Shown here one piece after another: positions 50,201 to 64,000 of a stretch of DNA of 64,000 bases. Under the pieces are notes generated by a model that saw only the letters and a list, made by a program, of their open reading frames with translations, was not told where the DNA came from and did not search any database. The DNA is from Cetorhinus maximus (Eukaryota). The translations under genes were made by a program, and so were the position numbers. The number at the start of each line of letters is the position of its first letter. Positions within the stretch are counted from its first letter, which is position 1. The stretch is from the NCBI RefSeq assembly GCF_964194155.1, contig NC_135881.1, positions 16,368,001 to 16,432,000 of the forward strand, given 5' to 3'.

Positions 50201-53200
50201 GGATTATAGCCTGCACCCAGATTCAGAGCCCTCTCTCTGAATTATAGCCTGCACCCTGAATCAGAGCCCTCTCTCTTAATTATAGCCCTCTCTCTGAATT
50301 TTAGCCTGCACCATGAATCAGAGCCCTCTCTCTGAATTATAGCCCGCACTCTGAACTATACCCTGCACTCTGAATTATAGTCTGCACCCTGAATTAGAGC
50401 CCACTCTCTGAATCATAGCCTGCACCTTCAATTGTTGCCCGTAGCCTAAATTAGAGCCCATTCTTTGAATAATAGTCGGCAATCTGAATCAGTGCCCGTC
50501 CACTGAATTATAGCCTGCACCTGAATCAGAGCCCGCTCTCAGAATTATAGCCCGCACTCTGAATTATAGCCTACACCCTGAATCAGAGCCCGCTCTCTGA
50601 ATTATTGCCTGCACCCTGAATGAGAGCCCACTCTCTGAATTATAGCCCGCATTCTGAATTATAGCCTGCACCCTAAATCAGAGCCCTCTCTCTGAATTAT
50701 AGCCTGCAACCTGAATCAGAGACCTCTCTCTGAATTATAGCCGGCACTCTGAATTATAGTCCGCACTCTGAATTATAGCCTGCACCCTGAATCACAGTCC
50801 TCTCTCTGAATTATATCCCGCACTCTGAGTTATAGCCTGCACCCTGAATCAGAGCCCTCTCTCTGAATTATAGCCTGCAACCTGAATCAGAGCCCTCTCT
50901 CTGAATTATAGCCCGCACTCTGAATCAGAGCCCGCACTCTCAATTATAGCCCGCACTCTGAATCAGAGCCCTCTCTCTGAATTAAAGCCTGCACCCTGAA
51001 TCAAAGCCATCTCTCTGAATTATAGCCTGCACCCTGAATCAGAGACCTCTCTCTGAATTATAGCCTGCAACCTGAATCAGAGCCCTCTCTCTGAATTATA
51101 GCCCGCACTCTGAATCAGAGCCCGCACTCTCAATTATAGCCCGCACTCTGAATCAGAGCCCTCTCTCTGAATTATAGCCTGCACCCTGAATCAAAGCCAT
51201 CTCTCTGAATTATAGCCTGCACCCTGAATCAGAGACCTCTCTCTGAATTATAGCCCACACTCTGGATTATAGCCTGCACCCTGAATCAGAGCCCACTCTC
51301 TGAATTATAGCCCTCTCTCTGAATTTTAGCCTGCACCCTGAATCAGAGCCCGCTCTCTGAATTATAGCCCACACTCTGGATTATAGCCTGCACCCAGATT
51401 CAGAGCCCTCTCTCTGAATTATAGCCCGCACTCTGAATCAGAGCGCGCTCTCTGAACTATAGCCTGCACCCTTAATCAGACCGCGCTGTCTGAATTATAA
51501 CCTGCACCTTCATTTGTAGCCCGCAGTCTAAATCAGAGCCCACTCTTTGAGTAATAGACGGCAATCTGACTCTGTGGCTGTTCTCTGAATTATAGCCCAT
51601 ACTCTAAATCAGAGTCCACTTCCTGAATTATAGCCTGCACTCTGAATATAGCCCACACATTGAATCAGAACCTGTTCTCTGAATTGTTGCCGGAACTCTG
51701 AATTATAGCCCGCTCTCTGAATTAAAGCCTGCACACTGAATTGGAGCCCGCTCTCTGAATTATAGTCTGCACCTTCCATTGTAGCCCGTTCCCAGAATCA
51801 GAGCCCGCTCTCTGAATTATAGCCTGCACCCTGAATCAGAGCCCACTCTCTGAATTATAGCCTGCACCCTGAATCAGAGCCCACTCTCTGAATTATAGCC
51901 TGCACCCTGAATCAGAGCCCACTCTCTGAATTATAGCCTGCACCCTGAATCAGAGCCCACTCGCTAAATTTTAGCCCGCACTCTGAATTATAGCCTGCAC
52001 TTTTAATTATAGCCTGCACACTGAATCAGAGCCCAATCTCTGAATTATACCCTGCACTTTGAATTAGAGCCGCACTCGGATTCAGAGTCTCTTCTCTGAA
52101 TTATAGCCTGCACTTTGAATTATAGCCTGCACCTTCAATTGTAGCCCGTTCCCAGAATCAGAGCCCGCTCTCTGAATTATAGCCCGCTCTCTGAATTATA
52201 GCCTGCACCCTGAATCAGAGCCCGCTCTCTGAATTATAGCCCGCTCTCTGAATTATAGCCTGCACCCTGAATTATAGCCCGCTCTCTGAATCAGAGCCCG
52301 CTCTCTGAATTATAGCCTGCACCTTCAATTGTAGCCCGTTCCCAGAATCAGAGCCCGCTCTCTGAATTAAAGCCCGCACTCTGAATTATAGCCTGCACCC
52401 TGAATCAGAGCCCTCTCTCTGAATTATATCCTGCACCCTGAATCAGAGCCTGCTTTCTGAATCAGAGCCCTCTATCTGAATTTGGCCCGCAATCTGAATC
52501 TGAGCCCTCTCTCTGAATTATTGCCTGCACCCTGAATCAGAGCCCCATCTCTGAATTATAGCCCACACTCTGAATTATAGCCTGCACCCTGAATCAGAGC
52601 CCGCTGTCTGAATTATAGCCTGCACTCTGAATTATAGCCTGCACCCTGAATCAGAGCCCGCTCTCTGAATGATAACCCACATTCTGAATTATAGCCTGCA
52701 CCCTGAATCAGAGCCCAGTCTCTGAATCATAGCCCACACTCTGAATTATAGCCTGCACCCTGAATCAGAGCCCTCTCTCTGAATTATAGCCTGCACCCTG
52801 AATCAGAGCCGTCTCTCTGAATTATAGCCTGCACCCTGAATCAGAGCCCAGTCTCTGAATCATAGCCCACACTCTGAATTATAGCCTGCACCCTGAATCA
52901 GAGCCCTCTCTCTGAATTATATCCTGCACCCTGAATCAGAGCCTGCACCCTGAATCAGAGCCCTCTATCTGAATTTGGCCCGCATTCTGAATCAGAGCCC
53001 TCTCTCTGAATTATAGCCCTCTCTCTGAATTATAGCCCTCTCTCTGAATTATAGCCCGCAGCCTGAATCAGAGAACGCTCGCTGAATTATAGCCCGCACT
53101 CTGAATTATAGCCTGCACCATGAATCAGAGCCTGCTCCATGAATTATAGCCCGCACTCTGAATTATAGCCCGCAATCTGAATCAGCGCCCTCTCTCTGAA

Positions 53201-56200
53201 TTATAGCCTGCACCCTGAATCACAGCCCTCTCTCTGAATTATAGACTGCACCCTGAATCACAGCCCTCTCTCTGAATTATAGCCTGCACCCTGAATCAGA
53301 GCCCGCTCTCTGAATTATAGCCCGCACTCTGAATTATAACCTGCACCCAGAACCAGAGCCCTCTATCTGAATTATAGCCTGCACCCTGAATCAGAGCCCT
53401 CTCTCTGAATTATAGCCTGCACTCTGAATTATAGCCTGCACCCTGAATCAGAGCCCTCTCTCTGAAATATAGCCTGCACTTTGAATTATAACCTGCATCC
53501 TTAATCAGAGCCCGCTCTCTGAATTATAGTCTGCACCCTGAATCAGAGCTCACTCTCTGAATTATAGCCTGCACCCTGAATCAGAGCCCGCTCTCTGAAT
53601 TATAGCCTGCACCTTCAATTGTAGCCCGCAGTCTAAATCAGAGCCCACTCTTTGAATAATTGTCGGCAATCTGACTCTGGCCGTTCTCTGATTTATATCC
53701 CGCACTCTGAATTATAGCCTGCACTCTGAATATAGCCCACACATTGAATCAGAGCCCACACTCAGAATTATAGCCCGCACATTGAATCATAGCCTGTTCT
53801 CTGAATTATTGCCGGAACTCTGAATCAGAGCCCGCTTTCTGAATTAAAGCCTGCACTTTGAATTGTAGCACGCACACTGAATTGGAGCCTGCTCTCTGAA
53901 TTATAGCCGGAACTCTGAATCAGAGCAAGCTCTCTGAATTATAGCAGGCAGTTTGAATTAAAGACCACACTCTAAATCAGAGCCCGATCTCTGGATCATA
54001 GCCTGCACTTTTAATTATAGCCCGCACTCTGAATCAGAGCCCAATCTCTGAATTATAGCCTGCACCCTGAATCCGAGCCCTCTCTCTGAATTATAGCCCA
54101 CACTCTGGATTATAGCCTGCACCCAGATTCAGAGCCCTCTCTCTGAATTATAGCCTGCACCCTGAATCAGAGCCCTCTCTCTTAATTATAGCCCTCTCTC
54201 TGAATTTTAGCCTGCACCATGAATCAGAGCCCTCTCTCTGAATTATAGCCCGCACTCTGAACTATACCCTGCACTCTGAATTATAGTCTGCACCCTGAAT
54301 TAGAGCCCACTCTCTGAATCATAGCCTGCACCTTCAATTGTTGCCCGTAGCCTAAATTAGAGCCCATTCTTTGAATAATAGTCGGCAATCTGAATCAGTG
54401 CCCGTCCACTGAATTATAGCCTGCACCTGAATCAGAGCCCGCTCTCAGAATTATAGCCCGCACTCTGAATTATAGCCTACACCCTGAATCAGAGCCCGCT
54501 CTCTGAATTATTGCCTGCACCCTGAATGAGAGCCCACTCTCTGAATTATAGCCCGCATTCTGAATTATAGCCTGCACCCTAAATCAGAGCCCTCTCTCTG
54601 AATTATAGCCTGCAACCTGAATCAGAGCCCGCTCTCTGAATGATAACCCACATTCTGAATTATAGCCTGCACCCTGAATCAGAGCCCAGTCTCTGAATCA
54701 TAGCCCACACTCTGAATTATAGCCTGCACCCTGAATCAGAGCCCTCTCTCTGAATTATAGCCTGCACCCTGAATCAGAGCCGTCTCTCTGAATTATAGCC
54801 TGCACCCTGAATCAGAGCCCGCTCTCTGAATGATAACCCACATTCTGAATTATAGCCTGCACCCTGAATCAGAGCCCAGTCTCTGAATCATAGCCCACAC
54901 TCTGAATTATAGCCTGCACCCTGAATCAGAGCCCTCTCTCTGAATTATAGCCTGCACCCTGAATCAGAGCCGTCTCTCTGAATTATAGCCTGCACCCTGA
55001 ATCAGAGCCCAGTCTCTGAATCATAGCCCACACTCTGAATTATAGCCTGCACCCTGAATCAGAGCCCTCTCTCTGAATTATATCCTGCACCCTGAATCAG
55101 AGCCTGCACCCTGAATCAGAGCCCTCTATCTGAATTTGGCCCGCATTCTGAATCAGAGCCCTCTCTCTGAATTATAGCCCTCTCTCTGAATTATAGCCCT
55201 CTCTCTGAATTATAGCCCGCAGCCTGAATCAGAGAACGCTCGCTGAATTATAGCCCGCACTCTGAATTATAGCCTGCACCATGAATCAGAGCCTGCTCCA
55301 TGAATTATAGCCCGCACTCTGAATTATAGCCCGCAATCTGAATCAGCGCCCTCTCTCTGAATTATAGCCTGCACCCTGAATCACAGCCCTCTCTCTGAAT
55401 TATAGACTGCACCCTGAATCACAGCCCTCTCTCTGAATTATAGCCTGCACCCTGAATCAGAGCCCGCTCTCTGAATTATAGCCCGCACTCTGAATTATAA
55501 CCTGCACCCAGAACCAGAGCCCTCTATCTGAATTATAGCCTGCACCCTGAATCAGAGCCCTCTCTCTGAATTATAGCCTGCACTCTGAATTATAGCCTGC
55601 ACCCTGAATCAGAGCCCTCTCTCTGAAATATAGCCTGCACTTTGAATTATAACCTGCATCCTTAATCAGAGCCCGCTCTCTGAATTATAGTCTGCACCCT
55701 GAATCAGAGCTCACTCTCTGAATTATAGCCTGCACCCTGAATCAGAGCCCGCTCTCTGAATTATAGCCTGCACCTTCAATTGTAGCCCGCAGTCTAAATC
55801 AGAGCCCACTCTTTGAATAATTGTCGGCAATCTGACTCTGGCCGTTCTCTGATTTATATCCCGCACTCTGAATTATAGCCTGCACTCTGAATATAGCCCA
55901 CACATTGAATCAGAGCCCACACTCAGAATTATAGCCCGCACATTGAATCATAGCCTGTTCTCTGAATTATTGCCGGAACTCTGAATCAGAGCCCGCTTTC
56001 TGAATTAAAGCCTGCACTTTGAATTGTAGCACGCACACTGAATTGGAGCCTGCTCTCTGAATTATAGCCGGAACTCTGAATCAGAGCAAGCTCTCTGAAT
56101 TATAGCAGGCAGTTTGAATTAAAGACCACACTCTAAATCAGAGCCCGATCTCTGGATCATAGCCTGCACTTTTAATTATAGCCCGCACTCTGAATCAGAG

Positions 56201-59200
56201 CCCAATCTCTGAATTATAGCCTGCACCCTGAATCCGAGCCCTCTCTCTGAATTATAGCCCACACTCTGGATTATAGCCTGCACCCAGATTCAGAGCCCTC
56301 TCTCTGAATTATAGCCTGCACCCTGAATCAGAGCCCTCTCTCTTAATTATAGCCCTCTCTCTGAATTTTAGCCTGCACCATGAATCAGAGCCCTCTCTCT
56401 GAATTATAGCCCGCACTCTGAACTATACCCTGCACTCTGAATTATAGTCTGCACCCTGAATTAGAGCCCACTCTCTGAATCATAGCCTGCACCTTCAATT
56501 GTTGCCCGTAGCCTAAATTAGAGCCCATTCTTTGAATAATAGTCGGCAATCTGAATCAGTGCCCGTCCACTGAATTATAGCCTGCACCTGAATCAGAGCC
56601 CGCTCTCAGAATTATAGCCCGCACTCTGAATTATAGCCTACACCCTGAATCAGAGCCCGCTCTCTGAATTATTGCCTGCACCCTGAATGAGAGCCCACTC
56701 TCTGAATTATAGCCCGCATTCTGAATTATAGCCTGCACCCTAAATCAGAGCCCTCTCTCTGAATTATAGCCTGCAACCTGAATCAGAGACCTCTCTCTGA
56801 ATTATAGCCGGCACTCTGAATTATAGCCCGCACTCTGAATTATAGCCTGCACCCTGAATCACAGTCCTCTCTCTGAATTATATCCCGCACTCTGAGTTAT
56901 AGCCTGCACCCTGAATCAGAGCCCTCTCTCTGAATTATAGCCTGCAACCTGAATCAGAGCCCTCTCTCTGAATTATAGCCCGCACTCTGAATCAGAGCCC
57001 GCACTCTCAATTATAGCCCGCACTCTGAATTAGAGCCCGCACTCTGAATTATAGCCTGCACCCTGAATCACAGTCCTCTCTCTGAATTATAGCCTGCAAC
57101 CTGAATCAGAGACCTCTCTCTGAATTATAGCCGGCACTCTGAATAATAGCCCGCACTCTGAATTATAGCCTGCACCCTGAATCAGAGCCCTCTCTCTGAA
57201 TTATAGCCTGCAACCTGAATCAGAGCCTACTCTCTGAATTATAGCCCTCACCCTGAATTATAGCCTGCATCCTGAATCAGAGCCCTCTCTCTGAATTATA
57301 GCCCGCACTCTGAATCAGAGCCCGCACTCTAAATTATAGCCCGCACTCTGAATCAGAGCCCGCTCCCTGAATTATAGCCCACTCCCTGAATTAATGCCCG
57401 CACTCTGAATTATAGCCCGCACTCTGAATCAGAGCCCTCTCTCTGAATTATAGCCCGCAGTCTGAATTATAGCCTGCACCCTGAATCATAGCCCTCTCTC
57501 TGAATTATAGCCTGCACCCTGAATCAGAGCCCTCTCTCTGAATTATAGCCTGCACCCTGAATCAGAGCCCTCTCTCTGAATTATAGCATGCACCCTGAAT
57601 CAGAGCCCTTTCTCTGAATTATTGCCCGCACTCTGAATTATAGCCTGCACTTTGAATTGTAGCCTGCACTCTGAATTATAGCCTCCACCCTGAATTATAG
57701 CCTGCATTTGAATTATAGCCTGCACTTTGAATTATAGCCTGCACTCTGAATTATAGCCTGCACTCTGAATCAGAGCCCTCTCTCTGAATTATAGCCCGCA
57801 CTCTGAATTATACCCTGCACTCTGAATTATAGCCTGCACCCTAAATCAGAGCCCACTATCTGAATTATAGCCTGCACCCTGAATCAGAGTCCACTCTCTG
57901 AATTATAGCCTGCACCTTCAATTGTTGCCCGTAGCCTAAATCAGAGACCCTTCTTTGAATAAAGGTCGGCAATCTGAATCAGTGCCCGTCTATGAATTAT
58001 AGCCTGCACCTGAATGAGAGCCCGCTCTCTGAATTATAGCCTGCACCCTGAATCAGAGCCCACTCTCTGAATTATAGCCTGCACCCTGAATCAGAGCCCG
58101 CTCTCTGACTTAAAGCCCGCACTCTGAATTATAGCCTGCACCCTGAATCAGAGCCCGCTCTCTGAATTATAGCCTGCACCCTGAATCAAGCCCGCTCTCT
58201 GAATTATAACCTGCACCTTCATTTGTAGCCCGCATTCTAATCAGAGCCCACTCTTTGAGTAATAGACGGCAATCTGACTCTGCGGCCGTTCTCTGAATTA
58301 TAGCCAGCCCTCTGAATTATAGCCTGCACTCTAAATCAGAGTCCACATCCTGAATTATATCCTGCACACTGAATATAGCCCACTCATTGAATCAGAGCCC
58401 ACACCCAGAATTATAGCCCGCACATTGAATCAGAGCCTGTTCTCTGAAATGTTGCCGGAACTCTGAATTATAGCCCGCTCTCTGAATTAAAGCCTGCACT
58501 TTGAATTGTAGCACGCACACTGAATTGGAGCCCGCTCTCTGAATTATAGCCGGCACTTTGAATTATAGCCAGCACCCTGAATCAGAGCCCGCTCTCTGAA
58601 TTATAGCCTGCACTCTGAATCAGAGTCCACTCTCTAAATTATAGCCCGCACTCTGAATTATAGCCTGCACCCTGAATCAGAGCCCTCTCTCTGAATTATA
58701 GCCTGCACCCTGAATCAGAGCCCACTCTCTGAATTATAGCCCGCAGCCTGAATCAGAGCCCACTCTCTGAATTATCGCCTGCACTCTGAATTATAGCCTG
58801 CACCCTGATTCAGAGCCCACTCTCTGAATTATAACCCACTCTCTGAATTATAGCCTGCACTCTAAATCAGAGTCCACTTCCTGAATTATTGCCTGCACTC
58901 TGAATATAGCCCACACATTGAATCAGAGCCCACACTCAGAATTATAGACCGCGCATTGAATCAGAGCCTGTTCTCTGAATTGTTGCCGGAACTCTGAATT
59001 ATAGCCCGCTCTCTGAATTAAAGCCTGCACTTTGAACTATAGCCAGCACCCTGAATCAGAGCCCGCTCTTTGAATTATAACCTTCACCTTCAATTGTAGC
59101 CCGTTCCCAGAATCAGAGCCCTCTCTCTGAATTATAGCCCGCACTTTGAATTATAGCCTGCACCTTGAATCAGAGTCCACTCTCTGAATTATAGCCTGCA

Positions 59201-62200
59201 CCCTGAATCAGAGCCCACTGTCTAAATTATAGCCCGCACTTTGAATTATAGCCTGCACCTTGAATCAGAGTCCACTCTCTGAATTATAGCCTGCACCCTG
59301 AATCAGAGTCCACTCTCTGAATTATAGCCCGCACTCTGAATTATAGCCTGCACCATGAATCAGGGTCCACTCTCTGAATTATAGCCGGCAGTTTGAATTA
59401 TAGACCGCACTCTAAATCAGAGCCCGATCTCTGGATCATAGACTGCACTTTTATTATAGCCCGCACTCTGAATCAGAGCCCAATCTCTGAATTATACCCT
59501 GCACTTTGAATTAGAGCCGCACTTGGAATCAGAGTGTCTTCTCTGAATTATACCCTACACTTTGAATTGGAGCCGCACTCGGAATCACAGTTTGTTCTCT
59601 GAATTATAGCCTGGACTTTGAATTATAGCCTGCACCCTGAATCAGAGCCCGCTCTCTGAATTATAGGCCGCACTCTGAATTATTGCCTGCACCCTGAATC
59701 ATAACCCTCTCTCTGAATTATAACCTGCACCCTGAATCAGAGCCCGCTCTCTGAATTATAGCCCGCACTCTGAATTATAGCCGGCACCCTGAATCAGAGC
59801 CCTCTCTCTGAATTATAGCCCGCACTCTGAATTATACCCTGCACTCTGAATTATAGCCTGCACTCTGAATTATAGTCTGCTCCCTGAATCAGAGCCCACT
59901 CTCTGAATTATAGCCTGCGCCTTCAATTGTTGCCCGTAGCCTATATCAGAGCCCCTTCTTTGAATAATAGTCGGCAATCTGAATCAGAGCCCGCTCTCTG
60001 AATTATAGCGCGCACTCTGAATTATAGCCTACACCCTGAATCAGAGCCTGCTCTCTGACTTATAGCCCGCACTCTGAATTATAGCCTGCACCCTGAACCA
60101 GAGCCCACTCTCTGAATTATAGCCTGCACCCTGAATCAGAGCCCGCTCTCTGAATTATAGCCTACACCCTGAATCAGAGCCTGCTCTCTGACTTATAGCC
60201 CGCACTCTGAATTATAGCCTGCACCCTGAATCAGAGCCCGCTCTCTGAACTATAGCCTGCACCCTTAATCAGACCGCGCTGTCTGAATTATAACCTGCAC
60301 CTTCATTTGTAGCCCGCAGTCTAAATCAGAGCCCACTCTTTGAGTAATAGACGGCAATCTGACTCTGTGGCTGTTCTCTGAATTATAGCCCATACTCTAA
60401 ATCAGAGTCCACTTCCTGAATTATAGCCTGCACTCTGAATATAGCCCACACATTGAATCAGAACCTGTTCTCTGAATTGTTGCCGGAACTCTGAATTATA
60501 GCCCGCTCTCTGAATTAAAGCCTGCACACTGAATTGGAGCCCGCTCTCTGAATTATAGTCTGCACCTTCCATTGTAGCCCGTTCCCAGAATCAGAGCCCG
60601 CTCTCTGAATTATAGCCTGCACCCTGAATCAGAGCCCACTCTCTGAATTATAGCCTGCACCCTGAATCAGAGCCCACTCTCTGAATTATAGCCTGCACCC
60701 TGAATCAGAGCCCACTCTCTGAATTATAGCCTGCACCCTGAATCAGAGCCCACTCTCTGAATTATAGCCTGCACCCTGAATCAGAGCCCACTCTCTGAAT
60801 TATAGCCTGCACTCTGAATTATAGCCTCCACCCTGAATCAGAGCCTGCTCTCTGAAGTATAGCCTGCACCCTGAATCATAGCCCACTCTCTGAATTATAG
60901 CACGCACATTGAATCATAGCCTGTTCTCTGAATTGTTGCCGGAGCTCGGAATTATAGCCCGCTCTCTGAATTAAAGCCTGCACCTTCAATTGTAGCCCGT
61001 TCCCAGAATCAGAGCCCGCTCTCTGAATTATAGCCTGCACCCTGAATCAGAGCCCACTCTCTGAATTATAGCCCACACTCTGAGTTATAGCCCGCACCCT
61101 GAATCAGAGCCCACTCTCTGAATTATCGCCCGCACTCTGAATTATAGCCTGCACCCTGAATCAGAGCCCACTCTCTGAATTATCGCCCGCACTCTGAATT
61201 ATAGCCTGCACCCTGAATCAAAGCCCGCTGTCTGAATTATAGCCTTCACCCTAAATCAGATGCCAATCTCTGAATTATAGCCCGCACTCTGAATTATAGC
61301 CTGCACCCTGAATCAGAGCCCTCTCTCTGAATTATAGCCCGCACTCTGAATCAGAGCCCTCTCTCTGAATTATAGCCCGCACCCTGAATCAAAGCCCTCT
61401 CTCTGAATTATAGCCTGCACCCTAAATCAGAGCCCGCTCTCTGAATTATAGCCCGCACTCTGAATTATAGCCCGCACCCTGAATCAAAGCCCTCTCTCTG
61501 AATTATAGCCTGCACCCTAAATCAGAGCCCGCTCTCTGAATTATAGCCTGCACTCTGAATCAGAGCCCTCTCTCTGAATTACAGCCCGCTCTCTGAATTA
61601 TAGCCTGCACACTGAATCAGAGCCCTCTCTCTGAATTAAAGCCTGCACTTTGAATTGTAGCACGCACACTGAATTGGAGCCTGCTCTCTGAATTATTGCC
61701 GGAACTCTGAATCAGAGCAAGCTCTCTGAATTATAGCCGGCACTTTGGATTATAGACCGCACTCTAAATCAGAGCCCGATCTCTGAATTATACCCTGCGC
61801 TTTGAATTAGAGCCGCACTCGGAATCAGATTCTCTTCTCTGAATTATACCCTGCACTTTGAATTAGAACCGCACTCGGAATCAGAGTCTGTTCTCTGAAT
61901 TATAGCCTGCTCTTTGAATTATAGCCTGCACCCTGAATCAGAGCCCACTCTCTGAATTATAGACGGCACTCTGAATTATAGCCTGCACCCTGAATCAGAG
62001 CCCACTCTCTGAATTATAGCCCGCACTCTGAATTATAGCCTGCACCCTGAATCAGAGCCCGCTCTCTGAATTATAGCCTGCACCCTGAATCAGAGCCCAC
62101 TCTCTGAATGATATCCCACACTCTGAATTATAGCCTGCACCCTGAATCAGAGCCCTCTCTCTGAATTATAGCCTGCACCCTGAATCAGAGCCCTCTCTCT

Positions 62201-64000
62201 GAATTTGGCCCGCACTCTGAATCAGAGCCCTCTCTCTGAATTATAGCCTGCACCATGAATCATAGCCCACTCTCTGTATTATAGCCCGCACTCTGAATTA
62301 TAGGCTGCACCCTGAATCAGAGCCCGCTCTCTGAATTATAGCCCTCTCTCTGAATTATAGCCTGCACTTTGAATTATAGCTTGCACCCTGAATCAGTGCC
62401 CGCTCGCTGAATTATGTCCCACACTCTGAATTATAGCCTGCACCCTGAATCAGAGTCTGCTCCATGAATTATAGCCTGCACTCTGAATTATAGCCCGCTC
62501 TCTGAATCAGAGCCCTCTCTCTGAATTATAGCCCGCACTCTGACTTATAGCCCGCTCTCTGAATGAGAGCCCTCTCTCTGAATTATAGCCTGCAGCCTGA
62601 ATCAGAGCCCACTCTCTGAATTATAGCCCGCACTCTGAATTATAACCTGCACCCTGAATCAGAGCCCTCTCTCTGAATTATCGCCCGCACTCTGAATCAG
62701 AGCCCTCTCTCTGAAATATAGCCTGCACTCTGAATTATAGTCTGCACCTATATCAGGGCCCGCTTTCTGATTTATAGCCTGCACCCTGAATCAGAGCCTG
62801 CTCTCTGAATTATAGCCCGCACTCTGAATTATAGCCTGCACTCTGAATTATAGCCTGCACCTTCAATTGTTGCCCGCGGCCTAAATCAGAGCCCGCTCTT
62901 TGAATAATAGTCGGCAATCTGAATCAGTGCCCGTCCTCTGAATTATAGCCCGCTCTCTGAATTATAGCCTGAACTCAGATCCGGAGCCCGCAATCTGAAT
63001 TATAGCCTGCACCTTCAATTGTAGCCCGCAATCTAAATCAGAGCCCACTCTTTGAATAATCGTCGGCACTCTGACTCTGTGGCCTATCTCTGATTTTGAG
63101 CCCGCACTCTGAATCAGAGCCAGTTCCTTGAATTATAGCCCGTACTCTGAATTATAGCCCAAACTCTGAATTATAGCCCGCACTCTGAAACGGAGCCAGC
63201 ACTCTGAATTATAGCCCGCACTCTGAATTATAGCCCACACTCTGAATCAGAACCTACACTCTGAATTATAGCCTGCCCTCTGAATCAGAGCCAACACTCT
63301 CAATTAAAGCCCTCAATCTGAATTAGAGTACGCACTCTGAATCATAGTCCACAGTCTCATTTAAAGCCCGCACACTGAATCGGATCCCACACTCTGGACC
63401 GGACCAGCACTCTGAATCCTAGCCCGTACTCTGAATCGGAGCCCGCACTCTGAATTATAGCCTGCACTCTGAACTATAGCCTGCACTTTAACTTATAGCC
63501 TGCACTTTGAATTATAGCCTGCACACTGAATTGCAGCCTGCTCTCTGAATTATTGCCTGCACCTTGAATTATAGTCCGCCCTCTCTCTGAATTATAGCCC
63601 GCACTCTGAATCAGTGCTCGTTCTCTGAATTACAGTCTGCACTTTGAATTACAACCCACACTCTGAATTTCAGCCCGCACTCTGAATCCGAGCACGGTCT
63701 CTGAATTATAGCCTGCACTCTGAGTCAGACCCCTTTCTCTGAATTATTGCCTGCACCTTGAATTATAGTCCACACCCTGAATTATAACCCACACCCTGAA
63801 TCAGAGCCCGCTCTCTGAATTATAACCTGCACCTTCATTTGTAGCCCGCAGTCTAAATCAGAGCCCACGCTTTGAATAATAGACGGCAATCTGACTCTGT
63901 GGCCATTCTCTGAATTATAGCCCGCACTCTGAATCAGAGTGCACTTCCTGAATTATAGCCCACACTCTGAATCAGAGTGCACTTCCTGAATTATAGCCCA
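47228..64000. repeat. Large satellite: 19-bp monomers (tctgaattatagcctgcac and cctgaatcagagcccNctc) often alternating as a 38-bp dimer, with kb-scale higher-order duplications
   Basis: Continuous tandem array of >=16.8 kb to the window end, preceded by N run 47028-47227. Confidence 0.98.

Overview
Vertebrate genomic DNA, very probably from a shark or other chondrichthyan given its HE1-like SINEs, HER1-like/CR1/L2 LINEs, Deu-domain SINEs, Penelope and Harbinger relics. The only host gene I can support is a voltage-gated sodium channel alpha subunit on the minus strand, most similar to the SCN5A/Nav1.5 lineage. Eight GT-AG exons between 40810 and 221 splice in frame to 1586 nt (about 528 aa), running from the DI S4-S5 linker through the DI pore and the DI-DII loop to DII S2; the gene extends beyond both window edges. 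The introns are TE-dense and hold: a >=16.8-kb 19-bp satellite with higher-order repeats (47228-64000); a ~350-bp, ~96%-identical inverted repeat pair 4 kb apart enclosing opposed (TG)n/(CA)n tracts; Penelope-derived minimal hammerhead ribozyme motifs, several on the pre-mRNA sense strand; two 36-bp minisatellites that visibly arose from TEs; and a 1-kb 15-bp array made of AP-1 consensus sites. Coordinates and family names were read by eye with no database search. Most short ORFs in the supplied track are repeat-derived noise.
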